This document shows, in pieces, positions 13,326 to 24,777 of a stretch of 64,000 nucleotides of DNA (the first letter of the stretch is position 1; the number at the start of each line of letters is the position of its first letter). This DNA comes from Dimorphilus gyrociliatus (taxonomy: Eukaryota > Animalia > Annelida): the NCBI GenBank assembly GCA_904063045.1, contig CAJFCJ010000045.1, positions 32,906 through 96,905 of the forward strand. The letters are read 5' to 3'. Below the pieces are notes generated by a model. That model made no database searches and was not told the DNA's origin. It saw only the letters and a program-made list of their open reading frames with translations. The translations under genes and the position numbers were made by a program.

Positions 13326-14668
13326 TCAGTAGACATAGTTAACACTGGTTTTAGGGTAAATAATATCTTCAAAAGCCACAAACCAACATTTAATATCAGA
13401 TCTAACTTTTAAGCTGGCTTGTATTATATGATTATCATCTTTTAACATAGCGCCTCTATTATTTTGAATTGATTCTCTAAATTCAAAACTTTTCTTTCCA
13501 ATATCTCCCATCATCCCACCAAATCTTGATTCAGTAGCATTTAAACTCTGAAATCCAATATTCAAGTGCCATCCTGTTAGATAGTTATATTCCTTTGTAA
13601 TGGCAAATGAAAGTTGTTTTGATCTTCTCTTAACCAAAAGAGAGATTGCTCTGTCAGTAATTTTAATTGTTAATGATCCATACTGTAGTGGAGAGTCAGT
13701 GTTTTTCCATATCATCACTTTGTCATTGGGAAATTGAATGTAATCGGTGAAAAATTGAAATATTTCATCAGATATAGAAATTCTCATGATATGCATGTAG
13801 AAATCATCTTTCAAAATTCCGTCAATCTTTGTTTTTGTTTGAAAATCTTGTAGAATTCTAATTTGATTAGTTGACTTTCCAACAACATCGTAGCAAATAG
13901 TTTGTGGAGTTTTGCTATTCTTATCAAGTATTTGTTGAATAAAATGAGGATCTCCTGAACCACCTAAGCAAATATTTCGAATAGATTTATACTCTCTATT
14001 TGTGTATTGTTCAAACATTTGTTGGTTAAAAAATATTATTAATACCTGCACAAGGATTTGGGTTTCCCAAAGAGGAGCTTTGTAGTGAAAATGCACCAGC
14101 TTCAAACATATTGTCATTTCATCTAGATACTGTAGCACCATCAGCTACAAAAACATTTCCCGTCCATGCAGGGACTCTAGTATTGAATGGATTGACTGTA
14201 GCAGCCCCTGTTGTGTAAATATAGGCGTCTATAACTAAATTTGGGTCCAATTCGTTCAGACCAGTAGCCTCAGTCATACCATCACCTAAAAAGATGAAAG
14301 ATAAGTAAAGTGTAAATCTGTAAGCTACATAGCTTTTAAACTATCATACCTCGATAAAGTAGTAGTGCTACAACAAAATCATTGGCTAAACCCAAGCTAA
14401 AAGACAGTTGACTCAAGCTAATTGTTACAACTTCATTATTTTGAAGAGAAGTAGAAGGTAAATTTTCCCCACCTATAAATGATCTCATTCCATTCTTATG
14501 TTCTAGTTTGTACAAAGCATAATCACCCAAGCTAACTGTACCGGAAGAAAGACTTCTGAGCTCCACATTTCCAGATCCAGTGTCCACTTCATTTATTACC
14601 AGCTTAACTTGGGTTACAGCTAAGTTGACAAATATTTGTAAGAAGAGTAAACTTAGCAGCTTCTTCAT
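13326..14668 (-). pseudogene. Secreted protein: signal peptide + lamin-tail-domain-like module + ITIH heavy-chain C-terminal-like domain; 3 exons (14668-14350, 14285-14046, approx. 13994-13326); in-frame TGA in exon 2
   Basis: Exons 1-2 give VINEVD...VELR...VSLGDYAL...VIDAYIY...DGATVSR*...F...GNPNPC. Exon 3 gives GDPHF...ICYDV.G...IRILQD...HLNIGF...FGGMMGDI...CWFV. TGA at 14121-14119 is in frame. The natural TAG acceptor at 13998-13996 is out of frame with exon 3. Confidence 0.75.
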
Positions 14669-14726
14669 TGTCTTGGGTTGATAATTGTGAGGAAAAGGTT
14701 CTTCGCATAAATTTCAAATTTAGCAC

Positions 14727-14760
14727 TGAACTGCGGCGTTGAGAGAAGTCCTATTTATAA
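14727..14760 (-). promoter_or_regulatory. TATA box and initiator of the 14668 gene
   Basis: Minus strand TATAAATA at 14760-14753 and TTCAGT at 14732-14727, about 60 nt upstream of the ATG. Confidence 0.55.
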
Positions 14761-15603
14761 TAAATTGAAAGAAAGCAATTGTTCTATAAATAGATTCTGA
14801 ATGGGTTTATAATACGCATATTCAAGATATTGTCTGCTGAGGAAATAGTTGGCGCTGGTTCGCCATTATTTGGTATAGGCTTTTTCTGAAAATATAATAG
14901 TTTGATACAATAACCAATTCAGAACTGCTGTCGAGTTTGAATAATGGAATACGAAAACAACATGTTCTTGATACATTGTTATACTGATTGATTGTCAATG
15001 ATACATTCACAAATATTTGGTTTTTTCAACTCGATTTGAGAAGAGAAAGTATGAATATTGTGAAAATGAGAAAATTTTTTATACTTTTGGAGGTATAGCC
15101 TATACTTGCTCGACAATAACAACTATTATCCCTTCCTAATATCAATAGATGTGTGTGTGTGTGTGACTTATCTTTAGGATACCTCTTATAAAGAATGAGT
15201 ACGAAAACGAGTCCAGTTGAACCAACAATAATACACAATCATAAAAGCATAGTTAAAAGATTTATTTTAGGCCTATAATAAACTAATTCTACAGTTATTC
15301 TTTTCTTTTTGCAATGTCCACGTCGCCATTTTATTGTATAAAACTCTTATCGATACTCGCGTAAATTTGATTAAAAGACGTATAAAACTGACTTTTGAGT
15401 GATATTATATTATATATGAAAAGAAAAGAATGGACAATCAATAGTTACAAGCGTTTATTGAATGTAATAATGAATTTTGGGTTTGTCACTTTTTAAGAAA
15501 TTGCGTGGATAATTTTCAAACTATTATCGAAAATGTTTCCAATTTCTGCTTTTCGATATCCATCGCCATTCATATAAGTTTTGTTGATATCTATGGTTAA
15601 AAA

Positions 15604-16911
15604 ATGGATAACGCCGTTTGTTCTTTAAAAGAATTGTCTCTAAAACTAATATTATCAGATATGCCTTATCAGAATAAGATCTGTTCAATAAACAATTTCC
15701 GTATTCCACCAATCGTCTCAGATCAAATTTTTAAAATTACCAACCAAAGTGGTAAGATAACATTGAAAACAAAAGACTTGAATTTCTTCTCATCGGATTA
15801 TACAACATTAACAACTCTTGAATTAGTTAACATCAAATCAACAAAGTTAGATAATGTAAAATTTCTTAAAAATCACCCGATAAGGATTTTAAAGCTGTTA
15901 CGTGTGTTAAACGTTAACGATATTTTAGCAGAAATTAATCCAAATTTCGTTGAGATCTTTACAATCGAATCCGAACTGAATGGGAAATATCTTACATTAA
16001 ACAATCTATTATCAACGAGAACAATTCAAAAATTATGTCTGATTAAAGTTAGACTGCAAAGATCTCAACCGTTTATCAATTTTATTCAAAATCAATTACT
16101 TATAGAAAAACTTGAACTTTGTGACGTAATAATTATGAAAAAGGAAAGCGGTGATACAACACTACCGGTAATGAGCCATTTAAAGTCGTTGAAAAGCCTA
16201 AAACTGATATCCTATAATTTCACTTTCCAAGATATCTATTTATTAACAAGTTACTTGAACAGTGAACATAGTTTGCACAGTTTGTCTGTTCATTTTCTAT
16301 ATAATTCAGATTTCCGAAAAGAAGAAATGTTTTTCCAGAATATCTCCAACTTTGAAACGAATCTAACAAAATTGAATTTAAAGTTTTATTCAAGAATATC
16401 AATGGAATTATACGCGGAATTGATTATTTCATCGAAATACCTACAAAATCTTCATATTTGCTTCCATAACATGTACGGTAAGAAAGATTTCTTTAGAAAG
16501 ATTCTAGGTAGATGCCAATTGAAAAAGCTGACATTCGAATGTGAAAAACTCGGAAATGAACCAGTACAATTTGTCAATTCTCAAATGAATATGGAAAAAT
16601 TATCTATTGTTTTCAAGTACGTATTCAATTATTGTTCAAACATCTCCGAAATGAACTTTTTCCCTCATATTAATTCGCTTGATAATTTAAAAATCTTTAA
16701 AATTGTTAACTATTCAACTCCTATTGAAAATAGTAGTAAAATCATTCTCAACGATTTCATTAAGAAACAAGAAGAACTCCGATATCTAATCTTTAATAAA
16801 ATGCCATTAAAGCATCCATTCGATATTGGTTTAATTACGAAAGAGAACTTGGCTATGCACGCTCATCTAGACTCTACAAAGGATATTTTTTCGCATCAGT
16901 TGACCAATTAA
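15604..16911 (+). CDS. Intronless LRR-like protein (435 aa) with N-terminal BC-box/Cul2-box-like motif (ZYG11/ZER1/PRAME-like layout)
   Basis: Open 435-aa frame; CSLKELSLKLIL then IPPIVSDQIF; repeated LxxLxL units; paralog of the 4016 pseudogene. Confidence 0.7.
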   Translation: MDNAVCSLKELSLKLILSDMPYQNKICSINNFRIPPIVSDQIFKITNQSGKITLKTKDLNFFSSDYTTLTTLELVNIKSTKLDNVKFLKNHPIRILKLLRVLNVNDILAEINPNFVEIFTIESELNGKYLTLNNLLSTRTIQKLCLIKVRLQRSQPFINFIQNQLLIEKLELCDVIIMKKESGDTTLPVMSHLKSLKSLKLISYNFTFQDIYLLTSYLNSEHSLHSLSVHFLYNSDFRKEEMFFQNISNFETNLTKLNLKFYSRISMELYAELIISSKYLQNLHICFHNMYGKKDFFRKILGRCQLKKLTFECEKLGNEPVQFVNSQMNMEKLSIVFKYVFNYCSNISEMNFFPHINSLDNLKIFKIVNYSTPIENSSKIILNDFIKKQEELRYLIFNKMPLKHPFDIGLITKENLAMHAHLDSTKDIFSHQLTN

Positions 16912-17003
16912 ACAATTCAATGATTCTTTCACAAATTTCAACAACTGTTGACCAAAATTGCGCAATACTTTCGAATAAGTATACGGGGGTTTTCGAATAG
17001 AAG

Positions 17004-17021
17004 GGGTTAGGGTTAGGGTTA
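17004..17021 (+). repeat. Interstitial TTAGGG repeat; duplicated at about 18320-18335, with an opposite-orientation copy at about 17595-17607
   Basis: ggggttagggttagggtt; tttagggttagggtt; accctaaccctaac. Confidence 0.75.
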
Positions 17022-17220
17022 ATTTTCAGTGTTGATACAAAATTCAAACAGTGTTTTTGTTATTTGATTGAAAAATAAAATTGATTTATTTAATGAGAAA
17101 CAAGTTTTATAGAAATTATTGCACTACATTGTAAAATGATTGTCGAAATATGCAAACTTAAAGTCGTCTCTAAAGAAATGGCGATAATATCGAATTGAAA
17201 AATATCTTGACCTAAAAACC

Positions 17221-17389
17221 CTGAAATCCAATATTCAAGTGCCATCCTGTTAGTTCGTTGTATTCCTTCGTAATAGCAAATTAAAGTTGTTTTGTTCTTC
17301 TCTTAACAAGAAGAGAGATTTGCTCTGTCAGTAATTTGAATTGTTTTCGAGACATACTCTATTGGAGAGTCAGTGTTTTTCCATATCAT
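17221..17389 (-). pseudogene. Isolated fragment of the ITIH-C-like exon of the 13326-14668 gene
   Basis: Aligns by eye at high identity to 13548-13714 (ctgaaatccaatattcaagtgccatcctgttag ... gagagtcagtgtttttccatatcat). Confidence 0.85.
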
Positions 17390-17754
17390 AAGCCACTGTT
17401 TCCCCATTCTTTAATAATAATAACTAAGGTGTAGGATTTTGTGAACAACTATACAATAATACAGAAATGCTTTGTATGACGACGTGATAGTCTTTTTGAA
17501 GAGCCAACGTAAAAACCCATAGAATTTGAATAAAGAAAACTTCTCTATGCTCTATCATATTAGTAGAGTTTAACGAACCCTGCGAGAACCTTCACCCTAA
17601 CCCTAACAATTTATGTCTTCAAGTAATATGGGTTGTAAAGCGAAATTCCGACTGCTGTGGGAATGGAACATCATTTTTTTCGTTGAGGATGTATAGTCCA
17701 TGCATCCTCAACGATAATAACTATTTATGCCCCTCTTAATATTAGAAAATATCT

Positions 17755-18390
17755 GATGTAAAATGAGAACATTTTTTATATTCTTGGACGTATGGCCTAT
17801 ACTTGCTCGACTATAACAACTATTCATTCCTTTCCTAATATCAATAGATGTGTTATATATCTTTAGAATACCTCTTGTAAAGAATGAGTACGAAAACGAG
17901 TCCAGTTGAACCAACAATAATACACAATCATAAAAGCATAGTTTAAAGATTTATTTTAGGCCTATAATAAACTAATTCTACAGTTATTCTTTCTTTTTGC
18001 AATGTCTACGTATAAATGCCTATCGCTACTCGTGTAAATTCGATTAGGTTTTATTATTCAATTCGCATTTGAAATAGTAGTAAAAATTATTCTCAACGGT
18101 TTCATCAAGAAACGCAAGAGGAATTGAGATATCTAATCTTTAATATAATGCTATTGGAGTATCCATATGATATCGGTTCAAATACGACACAGAGAACTTA
18201 GCCATGCACGCTCGTCTAGACTCTACAAAAGATATTTATTCAGATCAGTCGACTGAATATATAATTGAATAATTCTTTTACAAACGTTACAGGATTTTTG
18301 TATAGCAGAGGTTTTAGAGTTTAGGGTTAGGGTTAATTTTTCAATGTTGATAAAAATTCAATGAAAAATAGAAATGATTTATTTAACGAA
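17755..18390 (+). repeat. Internally deleted duplicate of the 15604 LRR locus: upstream region (about 15060-15370) fused to the gene 3' end and flank (about 16720-17100)
   Basis: Long near-identical stretches, e.g. aagaatgagtacgaaaacgagtccagttgaaccaacaataatacacaatcataaaagcatag and gccatgcacgctcgtctagactctacaaa; junction near 18050. Confidence 0.85.
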
Positions 18391-18948
18391 AATTGACTTT
18401 TGTAGTAGTTTTTTCAACATTTGACCAAAACCGTTCAAATCTTCTAATACATTTTCATCGTTTGCCATTTCTATATTCTTTGACGAAAGTAGAAATTTAA
18501 CTTTTCTGCCGCTAGTCTGCAAATCGAAAGTAAGCTGTTGGTCTAAAAACTTGACATTTACTTACTAATTTATAAATATTTGATGTATTTATCAATCCGT
18601 TAAATGAAAATTTACATTTATGACTCAGATTTAAATGATTACAGACATTTTCAGCAATTTTATGAATATTCATAATTTTGTAGAAATATGGTAAATGTTT
18701 AAATTCTTCTATACATACAACAACAGTTTTTGTTGTTGAACAACATTCAATTGATTTGATAAATGCAATATCTAGAAAAAATTTTCCCTTGTAAATGATA
18801 TTTTAAGTCTAGTCAACCTTTTCTAAGTGTATAGTTACGCTTTGAAAATTTCAACTCTATAATCTGAGACACGTGACTTTGCCTTAAATCGACATGTTTT
18901 TTTTAAGAGGATTGTAATTGGGTTTTTTTTTTATCTTAACACTGCTAC

Positions 18949-21900
18949 TTACATTTTCTCGGCATTCACCTTTTTCTTGTATTTATAAAATGATTTCAAA
19001 TCCCTTAAAGTATATAATAAAGGATCGATAACGGAATTTATCGGTACAATAACAATAACTATGGCAACGTAAATATTCTTTTTTATTGATAAATCAAACA
19101 ATGCCGAATATACTCCTGTTAAAGAGGATAAAAGAATGGGCGTCTATCAGCGTTAAAAAATGTTGAGAAAAGAGATTTTAATACCTAAAATAGAAATAGG
19201 AAACCAACATAAAAAGTTTGTTACTACGATTAGAAATGCGTTCAACTTGAATTTATTTTGTCTGTTTTTGAATTGTTGTTTATTCAATAAATCTTTTGAT
19301 TGTAAAGTTTCTTTCCAAATTTGAAAGTAGAGTAGAAATATTATAAGGCATACTATTGATACGAAAACCCCAAAAACGATAAACGAAAAGAGCCATCCTT
19401 CGGCTTTTTCGCTTGTTATATGTAAAGTAAAACATACGGGACTTTTTGAATAATAAGTCTACAATTTATATTCAACTATTATCTCATTTAGACAATAATT
19501 CTTACTTATTCTATTTACGTTGTAAATGAACAGCGGAAGTGACGAGGCGACCGCCGACGTTAAGAAACAAATCAACATTATTAATATTCCTCTAGATGTT
19601 GTTAACGTTCTCTTTAGAGGATTAATTATCATTAAATATCTTTCGACTGTAATTAATAAAAGACTTTGAATTGACAATAGAATTGACCAACTGCACAGCC
19701 AGCCGATTATACTGCAAGATGGGCTATTCCTCCAAACAAAGTCGTTCTCTACGTATTTGCCTCTGTAATAGATGTCGACGCTTCCTATTGAAATTAAATA
19801 GGCCGACGAGCATAAATCGGCGAATGATAGACTTAAATGAAACCAATTCTTATGCTTTTTAGTCAATACACATCTGAATAGAAGGGAAATTGAATTCTCG
19901 AATAGGCCGGTTAACGCCAAAATCCAAAGAATCGATTGAATTGTCTTTGAACCGAGAAGATCATTGCAAGAATTGAATAAGGAGGTGGAAGGATAACAAT
20001 TTTCAAGAGATTTCGAATAGATCTTTGAAAAACAACAAAATGAAAAATAATCGCTTTGCAACTCTTTAAGCGACTTTAACGGCTTTATAAGAGATGTTGC
20101 GTGCTTCAACGGTACTTTGGTGTTTGTCAGTAAAAGACGTTCAAGACCGTTCAACCATATAAACGCATTCGGATGGAAATCGTTAATAAACGAATCTTTA
20201 ATTGTTAATCTAACGAGTTTTAATGAATTTTTGAACAGTGCATTGTTCAAATAAGAAATATCCGTCGATATAAAATCAATTGATAATAGATTGAGCGTAT
20301 CTTTTAGCATAGTATCGAAATAAATCAGTATTTTTGTATTGAATATTTTCAATTCTTGTAAATTTCTTAACGGATGCGATAGAGTCGATGACATATTTAA
20401 TATTTTACAATTATTTAAATAAAGATAGGCAACATTTGGGAAAATTTTCGATATTTGAACATTAAAAATTCCGGATGAATTATAAAATGATAATGAAATT
20501 ATTGATAATTTCTTATCTATATTATTATTATATTTCGTCATATTTGACCAAATTGAAATATTTAAATATTTAAATTTCGATAGATAATCATTTTCAAAAA
20601 TTATTTTCGTACTTTCAATCGTTTTGAATGAACAATGAATTGAATAGAAATTTTTCATTTTACAATATTCTACAACAGTTCTATTGGCTGTCGATTTGCA
20701 GTAGAGTTCATCCGTTCCTTTTAGACAGTCGATTATATCGTTACATATATCGTAGAGTGGAATGTATAATTTCTGATTTCTACACTTTAAATATCCTTTC
20801 GGTACGAATTTATCTAAAGAAAAAAACGCTTAGTTTGCAAGAAAAATCTCTCAATTTTTTTTTTCATAATTTTTTCAACCGCAATCGAATTCGTCGTCGT
20901 GATAAACGCAATGTACAATTCCGTCACAAATCTGCTTTATCGATATACAATAACCAACTTTATTACACAAGTATTTACCCATTTCGCAAGATTTTCTATT
21001 ACAGTTTTCCAGACTGGAATACGGAAAATGAACTCTTGTCAACAGATTTCCCATTGAAGTATAGACAACTTCGCAACTATTGCTTTTCAAATTCTCTACA
21101 CTCTTACAAATCTCCGGTGGAATTGCATTCTCTTTGGCGCAAATACTCTCTTTTTCGTCTCTTCCGTCTAAACAATCCCATTGTTTATTGCATAATATTT
21201 CTTTCGATAGGCATTTCCTATCGCATTTGAATCTATCGTATTGAAGACAGTCTACAAAATAGACGAGTAAATGAAGGGCAGCGGTATCTTTTCAATGATA
21301 TTTTACCATAATCATAATCGAATAGTCGCTCCTGAGAGCATTTTTCATCGCTCTCGTCAAAGCAATTTCTCTCCCGATTACAGACATATCCATCATCTAT
21401 ACACTGCATATTATCGCATCTGCAATTTAGCCTATAAACTGAAGATAACTGTTGAAGATTTTTTTTTGGATATTTTCACCTCGTTTCATTCATTCTACAC
21501 TGTTTAGTTTCTGTTGAATATGTATTTTTTTTTGTAAATAATCCCATTATTTCTATTGAGTTTATAGAAGAAATTACCGCAATTCACCTCGTCCAGCTTA
21601 TTAGGGCAATCGTACACAGAATCACAAACTAATTGGAATGCTATCGTTGAACTTACATCGCAATAGAACAATTGAATATTTCCGCAATTTTTCTCATCTT
21701 CACCATCAGAAATACAATCGTCAGTACCGTCGCAAACGTTAATCGAATGAATACATATATTATCCATAGTACAATGATAGAAATGATCTGGACAACCGTT
21801 GAATTGAACATTTTTCAATCTATTCACCAAAGAAAATCCATAGTCGTCTTTCAATTTTTTATTGTTTTATTCTCAATTTATTTGGAAATAATTGAAATAT

Positions 21901-24600
21901 TCTTACAAGGTAATTTACAGAACGTTTCGGTAATAACATTCAAGTTACAATTGTTTGGAATAACTGTATATTTCACTGGATAAAATTGAAAAACTTTTTC
22001 CAAATAGTAGCATCTCTCTTCATTTCCAATATGGAAATTATTATTGGCATTTAATGTTTCCTGAATAGTTAGACATTCCCCTAAATATCTATACAGTTGG
22101 AGAAACGGCAAAAACTGTAATAAAGCCTACATTAGTATGTGTTGTTTTGTTTTTTGGTTACTTTGATTGTTGTTCAAAGATGAAAGCGTAAAATTCATAA
22201 GGTTTTCTATCGTCGTATACGAATATTTCGCGTTCGTTTACATCTTTAACAATTTTCAATTCTATATAATAAAAAAACGACAACAACAACAGGTTTTTGA
22301 ACTATTCAAATACGGTAAAAAATGATGTCAGGGTTAATATTTACTTCCGGCAATGTTCTTTTTAACTATTCCAACGTGTCTATTGTCGCCTGTTGTTATT
22401 TGGGAAAAAAATTCATATTCATCATTCGAAAAATAGAATTGAGTTGAATTTATCTTCTGGCATTCTTCTCTCGCTCTACTTATAGACACTCTTCTACCGT
22501 ATTTCAATTTTACATAACAACCGTCCTGAAAACTATACGCATTCTCTTTTAAACATAAAATGTCTGTTGAAAAGAAAACGAATAAAAAGTTTATTCAACT
22601 TTATTCAACATTCTTTTTCAATAGAAAAATGAAAAAGTTGCCTGTATTATTTGTACATTCCAATTCGAAATTGTGTGATACGTCGTAAGATTGTATAGGC
22701 CTAGTAAAACATGGATGACGTAATAGCGACTAAATAGGTAAAAGAACAAACTTATTAGGAGGAGGTTTACTAAAGGTTATATTGCATTGCGAGATATTGG
22801 AATAATTGGGACAATCCATAGAGAATTCGTACGCCGACGGATATCTAATCGATGAACCTCTCAACATTCTAATTGTACCAGTTTTATATCCGAAATATTT
22901 GCATATAACCATTGCTTCGTAGCTTTTTATCTCTCTAATATCTCTATAAAACCAATTGTTTTGATAATAGATTATGACTAATCCGTGATAATCCGCCAGA
23001 GAAGTTTTAATTGTTTTTGAAGAAAATTTCCTATCACTTTGGTAGAATGAGAGATCGTAGTCTTAAACAGCAAAAATTCAATGATTTCCGTTGATTCTTT
23101 ATAAAGATAATTAAGAAATTTTATTCTGTATTTTAACGCACCTTTAACCGTATTGGGGTTAGCGCAATAAGCCGCCGCTATAAAACCTCGAACGTCTAAG
23201 CTCGCTTTACAGCCGCCCAATAGGTCATTCTGCCATTTACAAGCTCGAAAAGCAGGATACTTTGTTGTTTTATAATGAATTCGTAGTTCTCCGCATATTT
23301 GAACCTATTTAATTGATAATTTTGAATTAAATTTTGAATGAATTTATCACCTTGACCTTTTTGCCTTTCATTTGTTTCTGTTGATATTCAATTGGAATAC
23401 GAATTTTACCAGCAAATTTACATAGCAATTCGGCTATACGATTTCTGTTGAGGAAAGTGAACATAAGAGGATAAGCGCCAAATGTCTTTGATACAAATAT
23501 AAGCGATAGCCAATCGTTCAAGTTCATTTCAAAGTAGTATTGTTTTTGAAATGAAGACATTTCAACAATATAAGAATCTAATTAAAAAACTGTAATTATA
23601 TCTATTCACAATTGCATTCGAAACTATTATTATTCAATAGTTTTCATATATATATATATATATATATATTTACCGTTCAACTGTTTTATCGAACAAGATA
23701 ACTGTTCAAAATTCTCTTCTGAATAGTTTCTTAATATATTCACTTGTAATAATTCATTAATAAATATTGGATTTATATCAATTTCATTTACGCTTGTCAT
23801 TGTTTTAAAGAATTGACTTTTATTACAAATGTTCAAATTTATTCCCTTTTTCTTAACCAATTGAAATATTCTACCGTTGAATTGAAGAAACAATTTGAAA
23901 TTGTATTCTTCTAACGTTTTTATTCTGGGGTTAGGTTCGTAAAATGCGAAAATATCTATATTAAAAAAAAAATAGTAAAATCATCTATTTTTCACGAAAT
24001 AATAAATGAATTAACAGTTTGATTGAATTTTAAAACATTTCAAACAGAGTGAACCGTTGTTCCGAACGTCAGACGCCTCGAGATGCTTCCTACAAAAACA
24101 AACGTTTATTTCTTTCGATGGAGAATATATTCTCAAAATAGAAACTAATACAAAACGTGTAGTCCATCACCAATATTTACTGGCATTAATGACGTATAGT
24201 CTGAAATATTGAATATACATTCTTTCTTACTGACAAATGATTGAGGCAACCGCTAAAAGAACAAAAAAATACCCCTTTTTCGCTCGCAAACTTGAACAGT
24301 AAAATGAATATCGTCGTATCCTAGTAGTTGACACAATTTCTTATGCTGTACCGTATCAATATTCACATCAAAAGCGATGTTATAAGTTCTATTCGAATGT
24401 TTAATCTTTAAATATATTCGACCATAAATAGATAGATTATCTTCGAATAGAGATTCCATAAAATAGACAACGTTTGTAGTATCTAAATACATTGAAAATA
24501 TTTCTTCCCTTTTCAACTGACATGGATTTTTAGCTAAAGAAAAATTGAAAATTAAATAAAGAAATCCGCCGAATAGATTCTTTTCATAGATTCTAAACAT
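18949..24600 (-). CDS. Multi-exon GRL101/RXFP-like receptor C: signal peptide, SRCR-like modules, several LDLa repeats, LRRs, rhodopsin-class 7TM
   Basis: SRCR-like GRIYLK...LCQLLGY and VICKYFGY. LDLa repeats such as CIHSINVCDGTDDCISDGEDEKNC and CISIKQICDGIVHCVYHDDEFDC. LRRs, hinge YFSFCCF, TM2 LSFADLCSSAYL, TM3 ITVERY. Further exons give TM6 VTNFLCWFPISILG and TM7 VPINSVIDPLLY; stop at 18951-18949. Internal exon boundaries are approximate. Confidence 0.85.
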
Positions 24601-24777
24601 ATCTCTTTCTGTTCAAGCTACTTTAACAACAAATGTAAATAAGAAGAGGAAGAAGATATATGTAAAAATAAAAATTGCATAGTTATCTTGCCAAATGGAT
24701 ATGTGGATATAGTTAATTTCTGTTGTTAAAATAGCTGTATGAATGTATACACTATACTGTGTATAAATAGAAAATAA

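Noticed and set aside
14119-14121. Confident selenoprotein call
   Set aside because: No convincing SECIS seen and a second lesion exists at the exon-3 acceptor; kept only as a low-probability hypothesis.
14822-15238. Possible minus-strand single-pass membrane gene remnant (LCIIVGSTGLVFVLILYKR)
   Set aside because: An in-frame stop immediately precedes the helix in both copies and I could not build a coherent exon chain.
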